From NCBI GenBank assembly GCA_031276175.1, contig JAISNP010000045.1:6262-70261 (forward strand): a DNA stretch of 64,000 nt, in the 5' to 3' direction. Origin of the DNA: Tannerella sp. (GTDB taxonomy: Bacteria > Bacteroidota > Bacteroidia > Bacteroidales > Tannerellaceae). Below the pieces are notes generated by a model that saw only the letters and a program-made list of their open reading frames with translations, was not told the DNA's origin and did no database searches. Within the stretch, counting starts at the first letter, position 1. Each line of letters begins with the position of its first letter. Below are positions 19,729 through 29,087 of this stretch, in pieces. The position numbers and the translations under genes were made by a program.

Positions 19729-20039
19729 TTTCAACACGGAGACACGGAGTGCACGGAGACGGGCGCGGATTCCGGTTGTACGTATCCGGATGTTTCGCGG
19801 ATAAAATTGCTCCGGGACATCATTTCTACCTGATTTCTCTTAACAGAACAACCGCAGTAGCAGGAATGTGCCGCCTCCATACGACCTTATTACCTCATTG
19901 TTTATTCATAATGAAGGAGGCAATGAGGTTTAAGAAGGGTTGTGGGTTTTACTTTGCCTTTGCTACTGAGGTTGTTTTGTCCTTTAAATTAGATGGAAAT
20001 CAGGTTTTTCTTTGTGTGCGCCGTGCTTCCGTGTTGGAA
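19729..20039. mobile_element. MITE/REP-like element: imperfect CACGGAG-type inverted arms (19729-19762, 20008-20039) enclosing about 245 bp of lower-GC cargo
   Basis: The arms are reverse-complementary at about 20 of 26 positions. The same arms form a compact hairpin at 54229-54322. Confidence 0.6.
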
Positions 20040-20044
20040 CTGGT

Positions 20045-20166
20045 GTTCGGACGAGATTCTATCTCGTTCGATTTATTCCCATGGATTCCATCCATATATT
20101 TATATGCGAACCGGCATCTCACGGATAGACCGAACGAGATAGAATCTCGCCCCAACGACGGCAACG
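20045..20166. repeat. REP-like palindromic element, CGAGAT-hairpin family (full copy)
   Basis: Left arm GTTCGGACGAGATTCTATCTCG and right arm CGAGATAGAATCTCG. Same architecture as 23427-23625. Confidence 0.8.
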
Positions 20167-20318
20167 TCATCCGCGTGCCTTCCCGCAGTTCGCTATAAAA
20201 AGCGAATACCAAAAAATTTTAGCCTTTCCCGTAAGTCCTGTATGAAAGGTTTCTGCAAATTTAATGACGCGAAAAAATTTTTTTTCTAATATTTGTGCGC
20301 CATATCGAAAATACTTTC

Positions 20319-20326
20319 TATATTTG
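20319..20326 (+). promoter_or_regulatory. -7-like promoter box TATATTTG (distal candidate)
   Basis: Matches TAnnTTTG, but no ORF follows for more than 500 nt. Confidence 0.35.
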
Positions 20327-20423
20327 CGGCAATTAAAACAAACATGCAGACAAACAGCATACATATTCGACCGTCAGATTACCCGTCGGGGAATACCATC
20401 CCTCTGCGAGCGAATGATATGTC

Positions 20424-20431
20424 TATTTTTG
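20424..20431 (+). promoter_or_regulatory. -7-like promoter box TATTTTTG (proximal candidate for the 20869 gene)
   Basis: Matches TAnnTTTG. It would give a leader of about 430 nt that contains array D. Confidence 0.4.
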
Positions 20432-20590
20432 CCCCCCCCGTTTAGTATTTCTTAACTCATTATGTAATATATCCGTAGCGTCGCTTCATGACGTGACGGC
20501 GTTTTCCGTCGGGCAGGCCTGTCCGAACGGAATCTGTCATGTCCCTGCCCGCGTACGCATCGCCGCACCGCTGTCGCCGGTCTACTTTTT

Positions 20591-20830
20591 GCACCCTGCA
20601 AATCTGCGGCCGTCGCACTGCGGGAAACCCTTCGCACCCTGCAAAACGGCGACCGCGACCGTCGGGACGCTTTTTACACCCTGCAAAACGTCTGCCGCAA
20701 CCGTCGGGACAACTTCTGCGCCCTGCAAAACGGCGACCGCAGCCGTCGGGACAACTTCGGCCCCATGCAAAAGCCCTGCCGCATACCGCCGGCCTGTCTT
20801 TTGCACCCTGCAAACCGCCGTTTGCCGCAC
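20591..20830. repeat. Tandem array D: about 5.7 units of 42-43 bp (GCACCCTGCAAAACGGCGACCGCGACCGTCGGGAC...)
   Basis: Unit starts at 20591, 20634, 20676, 20718, 20760 and 20803. Confidence 0.9.
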
Positions 20831-20868
20831 CTCGACTTACGCTTCACTTCACCTTAAAACAAATCTCT

Positions 20869-21627
20869 ATGGAACCGGTAAATGATAAATTAGTCAGATT
20901 AAGGACGCACGCGCTTGTGAACGAACTGCATTTTCGTTTCCATACCGAAAATAACGCGCTTTATACACAATACAACCCCACGGCGCTGGGCATACAGGTG
21001 TTTATCGCACCCTTCCACGACCGCCTTTCCGAACTGGACACGGCGCTGGAACGCATCCGCAAAAGCGCGGATACGGCGCGTGCCGCCGCTGCCGATCACG
21101 ATTTCGACGCCTCCTTCTCCGGCCTTCACGAGTATGCACGCTCATGCCTGCACCACTTCGACCCGGCGGTGAGGCACGCGGCCGAAAACCTCCACATTGT
21201 TTTCAGCCACTACGGCAACATCGGCAAGGAAGCGTACCGACAGGAACTGGCCTCGTCGTACAACCTTATGCAAGACCTGCGGGCGAGGAAGGACGATGTG
21301 ACGCTGCTCAACCTCGAACCCTGGATGCAGGCGCACGAGAAGGCCGCAGCCGCGCTGGCCGCTATCCTCGACGAACGTACCGGCGAAACGGCGCAGCAAA
21401 CCGAACTGCGCGTCGGACAGGTGCGACGGGAACTCGACGCCGTATACCAGCAAATTACCGACCGCATAGACGCCATGATCAACCTGAACGGACGTGACTT
21501 CGTGCCCGGCTTCGTGGCGGAATACAACGCGCACGCGCTTGAATACAAAAACAAACTGGCGCAGCATCTCGGACGAGTACATGCGGATAAAAACGACCGC
21601 ACGACCGACTCGCACAATATACAATGA
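20869..21627 (+). CDS. Hypothetical helical protein (DUF6261-like by N-terminal L..NE.HFRFHT motif)
   Basis: 252 aa counted from the first ATG after the repeat array. The family assignment is from memory only. Confidence 0.55.
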   Translation: MEPVNDKLVRLRTHALVNELHFRFHTENNALYTQYNPTALGIQVFIAPFHDRLSELDTALERIRKSADTARAAAADHDFDASFSGLHEYARSCLHHFDPAVRHAAENLHIVFSHYGNIGKEAYRQELASSYNLMQDLRARKDDVTLLNLEPWMQAHEKAAAALAAILDERTGETAQQTELRVGQVRRELDAVYQQITDRIDAMINLNGRDFVPGFVAEYNAHALEYKNKLAQHLGRVHADKNDRTTDSHNIQ

Positions 21628-21680
21628 GTTATAATTACAAACTACTTTTAACTATATTATTAATTTAAATTTTAAATGAA

Positions 21681-23333
21681 ATGAGAACTAAATTTACTAA
21701 ATTGATTTTGTTGGTTGCCGCCGTTTTTTGCTCGGCAACAGGTTTTGCACAGGGTCCATGGACGTCCGGCAGTACAACCGCTACGCTGTCAGGTAATACA
21801 CTTACCATCAGCGGAACGGGTGCGATGGGTAGCGGCGCGCCATGGAGTGGTTCCTTCAGTAATATCAAAACTGTTATTGTTGAATCGGGTGTTACTTCTA
21901 TTGGCCTCAATGCGTTTAGCGGCGCCACAGCTTTAACGTCCGTTTCCCTGCCTGCATCAGTCACCACGATTGGAAACTATGCGTTTAATGGCACCACGGC
22001 TTTGACGTATATTAACTTGCCGGGTGTTACTTCTATTGGAGACAATGCGTTTCAGTTATCGGGTTTAGAGTCTGTTTCCTTTGCGGAAGGGTTGACTTCA
22101 ATTGGATCATATGGATTTTTTGATGCCGAATTAACTTATGTTATCTTGCCCGCATCTGTCACTTCGATTGGAACCAATGCATTTCGAGCTAATGGCAATT
22201 TGGGAAGTGTCTCCTTTTTGGGAACTACACCTTCGGCTTTGACTATTAGCGGAAATGCCTTTTTAAGCATTAGTCCTACTGCTACTTTATCAGTACCTCC
22301 CGGTTCCGAAGCCGCTTATGAGGGGCTTCTAACAGGAACAGGATGGCCGGCAGGCGGCAGTGTTAAAGGAGGGTATTGGGTTAAAACAAAAGTTTCTCCT
22401 GATAAAGGAGGAAAGGCCTCTCCCGCATCGTATTTTACCGGAGATACCGTTGACGTTAAAGCCACCCCTAACCCCGGCTATACGTTTGAACACTGGACGA
22501 TTGACAACGAAATTGTTTCCACATCCCAAACTTACACGGTCAAGATAAAAGATTCCGACGTTACCGTAACCGCGCATTTCAAGCAAGCGCCGGTAGATTT
22601 CAGCCCGAAGACAATAACATACAACGGTCTTCCGAAGAGCGTCACAATCGAAATCCTTGACAAAAAGGTAGGCGAAATTACAGCCGTCTACTACGACGAT
22701 CAACGGAAAGCGCCTAACTCCAAGAGCAAGACGCCTCCCACCGCGATAGGAGAATACAAGATTTCGGTCGACATTGCCGGTTCTGCCGACTATCCTGCAG
22801 TCAAAGATTTTTATTTGGGCATTTTCGCGATTGTAGATCTGCCGGATCCGAATCCGGTGTCGCGTGCGGTATATCTGTCGGCAACTCCGGGTATCACGAC
22901 TTCACCTGCCACGGGACGCATCTACCATGCAAGCGGCAGCGATTTCGTGTTCACCGCATCGTCGACTACCCCCGGTCTTGTACCGTTTGTGACCACAGAA
23001 CCGGCAATTGAGTCGGGAGCCATTAAATATGAATTGAATGAAGACGGAAGAAGCTATACCATCACGATCAAGTCCCTCCGTCAGGAACTTCAAATCAATC
23101 TCGACTTCGTGACAGCCAACGCCACGGTAGGGGCTACGAAAGTATGGGCATCCGACGGACAGGTGTATATCGCAACCGTACAGGCCGGCGAAGCGCAGAT
23201 ATACAACATCCTCGGTCGACCGGTAAAAACGATTGCTCTCTCTGCCGGCGAAACGATTGCCGAAACGCTGCCCACGGGCATATACATCGTCACGCTGAAC
23301 GGAGGAAGTTATAAAGTCCTTGTAGGTAAATAA
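21681..23333 (+). CDS. Leucine-rich-repeat (BspA-type) surface protein with T9SS C-terminal sorting domain
   Basis: Signal peptide, then repeated ..IG.NAF.....L.S..LP..VTSIG.. units, then the C-terminal ..IYNILGRPVKT...GIYIVTLNGGSYKVLVGK. Confidence 0.8.
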   Translation: MRTKFTKLILLVAAVFCSATGFAQGPWTSGSTTATLSGNTLTISGTGAMGSGAPWSGSFSNIKTVIVESGVTSIGLNAFSGATALTSVSLPASVTTIGNYAFNGTTALTYINLPGVTSIGDNAFQLSGLESVSFAEGLTSIGSYGFFDAELTYVILPASVTSIGTNAFRANGNLGSVSFLGTTPSALTISGNAFLSISPTATLSVPPGSEAAYEGLLTGTGWPAGGSVKGGYWVKTKVSPDKGGKASPASYFTGDTVDVKATPNPGYTFEHWTIDNEIVSTSQTYTVKIKDSDVTVTAHFKQAPVDFSPKTITYNGLPKSVTIEILDKKVGEITAVYYDDQRKAPNSKSKTPPTAIGEYKISVDIAGSADYPAVKDFYLGIFAIVDLPDPNPVSRAVYLSATPGITTSPATGRIYHASGSDFVFTASSTTPGLVPFVTTEPAIESGAIKYELNEDGRSYTITIKSLRQELQINLDFVTANATVGATKVWASDGQVYIATVQAGEAQIYNILGRPVKTIALSAGETIAETLPTGIYIVTLNGGSYKVLVGK

Positions 23334-23426
23334 TCTCGCATAATTTGATAATCATAAGCAATTATCAGGTTATTATTCGATGGATGGAGCAGGCCGTGAG
23401 GTTTGCTCCTCTTCGTTTTTAGGGGA

Positions 23427-23625
23427 AACGATAAACTATGGACGATAAACTATGAACGCCGGAGGCGTTGTTGCGACGAGATTCCATCTCGTCGGGTCTA
23501 TTACCGGAGATTCTATCTTCTGTATTTATATGGTATGTGCACAGATGGAATCTGCGCGAATAGGGGAGGCGAGATGGAATCTCGCCGCAACGGCGTTCAT
23601 CGTTTATAGTTTATCGTTCATAGTT
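23427..23625. repeat. Nested imperfect palindrome of about 200 bp (CGAGAT-hairpin REP family) filling a convergent intergenic gap
   Basis: Outer arms 23427-23460 and 23592-23625 match at 26 of 34 positions. Inner arms are GTTGCGACGAGATTCCATCTCG and CGAGATGGAATCTCGCCGCAAC. Confidence 0.85.
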
Positions 23626-25783
23626 AACTTTCGGCTTCGGTGATTTCCACGATATGGCTTACCGTATGCGACGACGAGAACACGGTGACGCCGACCTTCA
23701 TCAGATAGTCGCCCGTGTACGTTTTGCCGTGGCACTGTAACCTTGAGCCGCCGCCGGCCGGCAGGCATATTTCTTCCAGACGGTATTTTTTGTCGGGGTC
23801 TAATCCTTTGAGGCGTAGCGGCAGGATGTTTTCCCCGTATTGCGGATGGACGTCGAAAGCGAAAAGCACGGCATGAGTACGGTCTTCGTTGCTGTAGAGC
23901 ATGGCGGCGTGGTCGCTTTCGAGCGGCGAGTGCAGACGGTACAGGTCGCCTTCGCCGATTACGGGCGAGAGGCGTTTGAATTGCTGCACTGCCTGACGGC
24001 AATATGCCTGTTCAGCCTCGTTCATTTCGTGGATGCGGATGTCGAAACCCGGTTTGCCCATCATCGCCACGTCCGTACGGAACTTGAGCGGCTGTTTTCC
24101 CCAACTTGTGACGTGCGCCGAAAGCGTCTTCGACGGGAACAAGTGCGAGAATCCCCACTGGATACGTATGCGTTCGACGGCGTCGGTGTTGTCGCTTGGC
24201 CAGAACTCGGTGAAATATTTCAGCGCTTCGTAGTCGCAACGTCCGCCGCCGCCGGAACAGAGCATCATCGGCAGGTTGGGATATTTTTGCTTGACGCGTT
24301 CCAGCGCCGCATACAGCCCGCGCACATGCTCGATGTATAGATGCGACTGCCGGTCTTTGAGATACGGCGAGTAGATATTGATAATCGGGCTGTTGCAGTC
24401 CCATTTGAAATAGGCGATGTCCGGATATTTTGTCAGCAGATTGTCCACTACGCTGTAAACGTAATCCTGCACTTTCGGATTGCTCAGGTCGAGAACCATC
24501 TGGTTGCGGAAGTAATATTCGTCGCGGTTGGGCAGATGAATGACCCAGTCTTTGTGATTCTCGTACAGTTCGCTTTTCGGGTTCACCATTTCGGGTTCTA
24601 TCCATATTCCGAACTTGATGCCCCGTTTCCCGGCTTCTTCCGTGAGTTTTCCCACGCCGTGAGGCAGTTTTTCCCGCGTCTCGTCCCAGTCGCCAAGTCC
24701 CTGACGATCGCTGCTGCGCGGATATTTGTTGCCGAACCATCCGTCGTCGAGCAGAAACATGTCCACGCCCAGCTTGACGGCTTCGTCCATGATGGTCGTC
24801 AGCTTGTCTTCGTCGAAATCGAAAAAAGTAGCTTCCCAGTTGTTCAGCAATGTCAGGCGCGGTTTGTCTCCGTCCTTTAACTGATGTTTTCGCGCCCACG
24901 CATGGAAGTTGCGGCTTGCTTTCCCCTTGCCTTCGGCGCTGAAAGTGAAGATGAAATCCGGCGTGCGGAACGTTTCGCCCGGTTGAAGCGCATATTCCGA
25001 AGCATACGGATTGATACCCGAAAGGATACGCAATTGATTGTGTTGATTTATGTCGAACGTGAAACGGTAATTTCCCGTCCAGCCGATTGTGCCGAACAGC
25101 GTTCGTCCAGCATCTTCACGCGCTTCTTCGTCGAGCGCGAGCAGGAAGAACGGACTGCAAAACATGCCGGCGCGGCTTCCTAACTTGGTGTCGAGCATCT
25201 TTTTGCCGAACGTAAGCGGCGCTTCGGTCATCACCGCTTCGTGCGCCCAGTCGCCCGTAAATTCCGTCAGAAAATATCGTTCGGCTGAGAGATGAAGCGA
25301 CGAAGAGGCGTAGTTGTATAGCGTAACGGGTTTCTTTTCCCGATGCGTGATTTCGGCATACTCCGTGATGACGTCTTCGGCGGTATATGCGACGTAGTGC
25401 AATTTCACTTCCACCGGATATTTGTCGTCTTTCAGCACGATAACGGTTTCGACGACGCCCGTGCGAAGCGTTTTCACCTCGTGCGACACGTATTTAAGCA
25501 ACAGCGAAGGATTGCCGTCGCTGTGCGTGATGCGAATTGCCGGTTCGAAATAATCTTCCATGCCGTGCGTCGGATATATCTCGTCCATAGAGGCAAGGTG
25601 GGCAATATCGGCGTCGTGCGTCAACCTTTCGCCAAGATAGGTTTGATACAGCCTGCCGTTATCGTCCAACCGGTAAATCAGGCTTACACCGTCGGTCGTC
25701 ACCGGAATCACGGTTTGCGCATGTGCGCATAAATGCCCTGCCGACAGGACGAGGCATAGATAAATACAATGTTTCAGTTTCAT
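23624..25783 (-). CDS. Alpha-galactosidase, GH36 family
   Basis: 719 aa with a signal peptide and the motifs DDGWF, KWDCN and CSGGGGR. Confidence 0.85.
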   Translation of the reverse strand: MKLKHCIYLCLVLSAGHLCAHAQTVIPVTTDGVSLIYRLDDNGRLYQTYLGERLTHDADIAHLASMDEIYPTHGMEDYFEPAIRITHSDGNPSLLLKYVSHEVKTLRTGVVETVIVLKDDKYPVEVKLHYVAYTAEDVITEYAEITHREKKPVTLYNYASSSLHLSAERYFLTEFTGDWAHEAVMTEAPLTFGKKMLDTKLGSRAGMFCSPFFLLALDEEAREDAGRTLFGTIGWTGNYRFTFDINQHNQLRILSGINPYASEYALQPGETFRTPDFIFTFSAEGKGKASRNFHAWARKHQLKDGDKPRLTLLNNWEATFFDFDEDKLTTIMDEAVKLGVDMFLLDDGWFGNKYPRSSDRQGLGDWDETREKLPHGVGKLTEEAGKRGIKFGIWIEPEMVNPKSELYENHKDWVIHLPNRDEYYFRNQMVLDLSNPKVQDYVYSVVDNLLTKYPDIAYFKWDCNSPIINIYSPYLKDRQSHLYIEHVRGLYAALERVKQKYPNLPMMLCSGGGGRCDYEALKYFTEFWPSDNTDAVERIRIQWGFSHLFPSKTLSAHVTSWGKQPLKFRTDVAMMGKPGFDIRIHEMNEAEQAYCRQAVQQFKRLSPVIGEGDLYRLHSPLESDHAAMLYSNEDRTHAVLFAFDVHPQYGENILPLRLKGLDPDKKYRLEEICLPAGGGSRLQCHGKTYTGDYLMKVGVTVFSSSHTVSHIVEITEAES

Positions 25784-25810
25784 GTTTGTCTATGATTATA
25801 ATGATTTCCG

Positions 25811-25818
25811 CAAAAATA
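25811..25818 (-). promoter_or_regulatory. -7 promoter box (TATTTTTG on minus strand)
   Basis: Matches TAnnTTTG about 28 nt upstream of the start at 25783. Confidence 0.5.
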
Positions 25819-26085
25819 AGAAGTATATGCCGGATATGCAATCCCTGCGAAGAGATTTTACGCCGCGCCTTCCGGCGCATGAGGCGGCAATGAGCGGGTG
25901 GGATAACACAATGGTTTCGGAGATGACTGCTTCCCTCTTTAGTCGGAAGCCGTTTTTCGTTTTTCTCCCCGGTTTTGTCCGGACAGTATTCCGGGAAAAA
26001 GGGAGTTCTGCCGGAACAAACGCCCGTGTCCGGGCTGCGACAACCCGTGTTTTGCCGCACGCCTGCTTTATCCCCGCAAAATCGG

Positions 26086-26093
26086 TATCTTTG
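26086..26093 (+). promoter_or_regulatory. -7 promoter box TATCTTTG
   Basis: Matches TAnnTTTG 23 nt before the ATG at 26116. Confidence 0.6.
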
Positions 26094-26115
26094 CACCGTT
26101 ATTTATCATCGAAAC

Positions 26116-26655
26116 ATGGAAAAAAATCCGCAGTTACTGCTCTTAGTCGGCGCTCCGGGATCGGGGAAAAGCACTTTTGCCGCACATTTTATCCGCACGG
26201 AAAAGAACTGGATGCGCCTTAGCCGGGACGATTTCAGGATAATGAATTTCTCCGGCCTGCTGATGTCGGGACGCGAAGAAAGTTTAATCACGGACATGAT
26301 TGACGCTTCGACGAAAGCGTTGCTCCGAAGGAAATGCAACGTGCTGCTCGATGCCACGCATTGCCGCGCCGCGTACCTGAACCATTATATCGACAAGTTC
26401 AACACACGTGCCGATATTTCGTTTAAACTCTTCGCATGTGAAACGGACGAGCTGATTGCGCGTTGCATGAAACGGTTCGCGGAAACGGGACGATATGTCC
26501 CGGAAGAAGCGATCATTCGTTTTGTCGATGAACTGGAAGAGTTGAAAAAGACATTCGACTTCTCTCCCCGTCCCCGCGTGGAAATATCGCATGTCGCCGG
26601 AAAACAGGACACGCCTCTCCCCAAAATAACAAGTGGAACGGTATCCGAACTATGA
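26116..26655 (+). CDS. P-loop ATPase/kinase (polynucleotide-kinase-like AAA_33-type)
   Basis: 179 aa with Walker A motif VGAPGSGKST. The start is set after the promoter box. Confidence 0.7.
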   Translation: MEKNPQLLLLVGAPGSGKSTFAAHFIRTEKNWMRLSRDDFRIMNFSGLLMSGREESLITDMIDASTKALLRRKCNVLLDATHCRAAYLNHYIDKFNTRADISFKLFACETDELIARCMKRFAETGRYVPEEAIIRFVDELEELKKTFDFSPRPRVEISHVAGKQDTPLPKITSGTVSEL

Positions 26656-26691
26656 TTATATTTGCACGATAATATTTAAAGATTAAGAACA

Positions 26692-27237
26692 ATGAAGACA
26701 ATGATCGGTGTATTCCTGCTGGTTTGCCTGTTTCCATGCCTGTTGCAGGCTCAAAACAGGACTTTGCATGATTTTACGGTAAAAACGATTGACGGCGAAG
26801 ATTTTTCGCTTTCCGAATTGAAAGGGCGGAAGGTGCTGGTCGTCAACGTAGCGTCCAAGTGCGGGCTGACCCCGCAGTATGAACAGTTGCAATCGCTGTA
26901 CGAGAAGTATAAGGACAGAAATTTTGTGATTATCGGTTTCCCGGCGAACAATTTCGGCCTGCAGGAACCGGGCACGGACGAAGAAATCAAAGCCTTTTGC
27001 ACGCTCAATTACGGCGTCACTTTCCCGATGATGCAAAAAATCTCCGTAAAGGGCGAAGATATTGCGCCGCTCTACAAATGGCTCACGCAGAAAAGCGAAA
27101 ACGGAAAGATAGACGGCGAGGTGACGTGGAACTTCCAGAAATTCCTGATAGACGAAAACGGCATTCCGGTTAAATCCGTTCCGCCCAAAACCGTGCCCCT
27201 GTCGGAGGAAATCGTCTCCTGGATAGAGGGACGGTGA
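26692..27237 (+). CDS. Glutathione peroxidase (Cys-type)
   Basis: 181 aa with a signal peptide and GPx motifs VASKCGLT and WNFQKFL. Confidence 0.9.
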   Translation: MKTMIGVFLLVCLFPCLLQAQNRTLHDFTVKTIDGEDFSLSELKGRKVLVVNVASKCGLTPQYEQLQSLYEKYKDRNFVIIGFPANNFGLQEPGTDEEIKAFCTLNYGVTFPMMQKISVKGEDIAPLYKWLTQKSENGKIDGEVTWNFQKFLIDENGIPVKSVPPKTVPLSEEIVSWIEGR

Positions 27238-27239
27238 GT

Positions 27240-29087
27240 TTATCGCCTGGCGCCCGTCCCGAATATTTTTGCAATCAAGTCGGCGCGCCGTATTTTCCGC
27301 AGGATTTGCATGATTCGGCTGCGCGCTTCGGGAAGGCGCCAGGAGAAAAAAATCCGCTGCGTATGCTTTTCTTCCTGCGTTTTGGCGCAGGGCACGGGTT
27401 GTAACGAATACGGATGCAGCCCCGTGTAAAAGATTTCCGTCGACAAGGTCATCGGCGTAGGAGTAAAATCCTGCACCTGTTCGAGGAGCAGGTGCATTTT
27501 TTTTGTTTTGGCGGCAAGCTCCGCCATATCGTTTATCGTGCATCCGGGATGTCCGGAGATAAAGTACGGAATCAGTTGCAGGTTTAATCCCTTCGCCGTG
27601 TTGATGCGGTCGAAAATCTGCTTGAACCGTTCGAACAGGTGAAACGGCGGCTTGCGCATCAGTTGCAGCACGCCGTCTTCCGTATGTTCGGGCGCCACTT
27701 TCAGCCGTCCCGACACGTGATGCGTGATCAGTTCGTCCGCATATTCTTCGGCAGACCGGTTCCAAGCCTTTTCCGCGTAGCTGTGCAAAAGCAGGTCGTA
27801 CCGGACGCCGCTGCCGATAAATGCCTTTTTGATTGCCGGCATCCGTCGTACCGTCCTGTACAGGTCGAGCAGCGGCGCATGGTCTGCGTGCAGATTGCCG
27901 CATACGCCCGGCGCGATGCAGGACGGCCTTTTGCATTTCCGGCAGAGGCTCTCGTCCTTTCCCCGCATCCGGTACATGTTGGCCGAAGGGCCGCCGAGGT
28001 CGCTTATGTTGCCTTTGAAATCGGGCATCCGGCATATCGAGGCGATTTCTTCCAGTATGGAGCGGCGGCTGCGCGAGGCGATGAATTTACCCTGATGCGC
28101 CGATATGGTGCAGAACGCACATCCGCCGAAGCATCCCCTGTGAATGTTGACGGAGAATTTAATCATCTCATATGCCGGGATGATTTTGCCCCTGTACTTC
28201 GGGTGCGGCATTCGGGTGTACGGCAAATCGTACGACGCGTCCAGTTCGGCCTCCGTCATGGGCGGACAGGGCGGATTGACGACGATGAACTTACGGCGCG
28301 TGCGCTGGATGATGCGCTGCGACGGGTGATATTTGTTTGATTCCTCTTCGATGATCCTGAAATTCATGGCCTGTTTGCGCTTGCTTTCCAGACATTCTTC
28401 AAACGGGTACAGTGCGATGTCGTCCGGCAAGGCTTCCAAGCGGCTTGCGAGGTAGGCCGTTTGCGGAATGTCCGTCAACTGTGAGAACGGAACCCCTGCG
28501 CGCAGTCTGCCCGCCAGTTCGCGGACGGGCTTTTCGCCCATGCCGTAGATCAGCAGGTCGGCGGGACTGTCGGCCAGGATACCGGGGCGGAGCGCGTCCT
28601 GCAGGTAATCGTAGTGCGCCAGCCGGCGCAGCGACGCTTCAATGCCGCCCAGCACAACGGGCGTTTCGGGGAAAAGCGTTTTCAGAATACCGGCATACAC
28701 GATGCTCGGATAATCGGGACGCAGGCGCGGCTGCCTGTCGGGAGAATAGGCGTCGTCGCTGCGCAGCCGCCTGTTTGCCGTGTAATGGTTGACCGTCGAA
28801 TCCATTGCGCCGGGAGCAATGCCGAAGAAGAGACGCGGCGCGCCCAGCTTTTTGAAATCGCGGTAGTCGCCGCGCCAGTCGGGTTGAGGCACGATGGCTA
28901 CGCGCAGCCCTTCGGCTTCGAGCACACGACCGATGACGGCCGCGCCGAACGAGGGATGATCCACGTAGGCATCGCCGCTGAACAGGATCACGTCCGGGAC
29001 GTCCCACCCGCGCAGTTCGACTTCCTTTTTTGTCGTGGGAAGCCAGTCCGTCAATTCAGGCTTTCCTGTTCCAACATTCCTTTCCAT
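27240..29087 (-). CDS. YgiQ family radical SAM protein
   Basis: 615 aa with N-terminal GDAYVDHPSFG and the radical-SAM cluster motif CFGGCAFC. Confidence 0.9.
   Translation of the reverse strand: MERNVGTGKPELTDWLPTTKKEVELRGWDVPDVILFSGDAYVDHPSFGAAVIGRVLEAEGLRVAIVPQPDWRGDYRDFKKLGAPRLFFGIAPGAMDSTVNHYTANRRLRSDDAYSPDRQPRLRPDYPSIVYAGILKTLFPETPVVLGGIEASLRRLAHYDYLQDALRPGILADSPADLLIYGMGEKPVRELAGRLRAGVPFSQLTDIPQTAYLASRLEALPDDIALYPFEECLESKRKQAMNFRIIEEESNKYHPSQRIIQRTRRKFIVVNPPCPPMTEAELDASYDLPYTRMPHPKYRGKIIPAYEMIKFSVNIHRGCFGGCAFCTISAHQGKFIASRSRRSILEEIASICRMPDFKGNISDLGGPSANMYRMRGKDESLCRKCKRPSCIAPGVCGNLHADHAPLLDLYRTVRRMPAIKKAFIGSGVRYDLLLHSYAEKAWNRSAEEYADELITHHVSGRLKVAPEHTEDGVLQLMRKPPFHLFERFKQIFDRINTAKGLNLQLIPYFISGHPGCTINDMAELAAKTKKMHLLLEQVQDFTPTPMTLSTEIFYTGLHPYSLQPVPCAKTQEEKHTQRIFFSWRLPEARSRIMQILRKIRRADLIAKIFGTGARR

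Noticed and set aside
19749-20198. 149-aa ORF in the folC upstream gap (also 20000-20212, 20167-20364 and 20264-20455)
   Set aside because: They run through REP/MITE arms and palindromes, have atypical composition and overlap each other. The region is better explained as nested repeats.
26683-28035. 450-aa ORF, and similar alternate-frame ORFs 32738-34258 (506 aa), 53209-54342 (377 aa), 52739-53980 (413 aa), 57288-58352 (354 aa), 45569-46690 (373 aa), 17007-18239 (410 aa) and 2507-4114 (535 aa)
   Set aside because: Each overlaps a confidently identified gene in another frame or strand (ygiQ/gpx, the TPR gene, tsaC/tsaD, ilvD, mnmA, the MFS gene, DUF47/proC). Their Arg/Pro-rich composition is implausible for real proteins.
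29051-29087. 37-bp overlap between the ygiQ start and the ispE end as a sign of a mis-called start or frameshift
   Set aside because: MERNVG.. is the only Met before the conserved YgiQ N-terminal block (LPTTKKEVELRGWD..GDAYVDHPSFG), and both reading frames are intact. The overlap is probably genuine, or an unconventional start is used. It is not evidence of a pseudogene.
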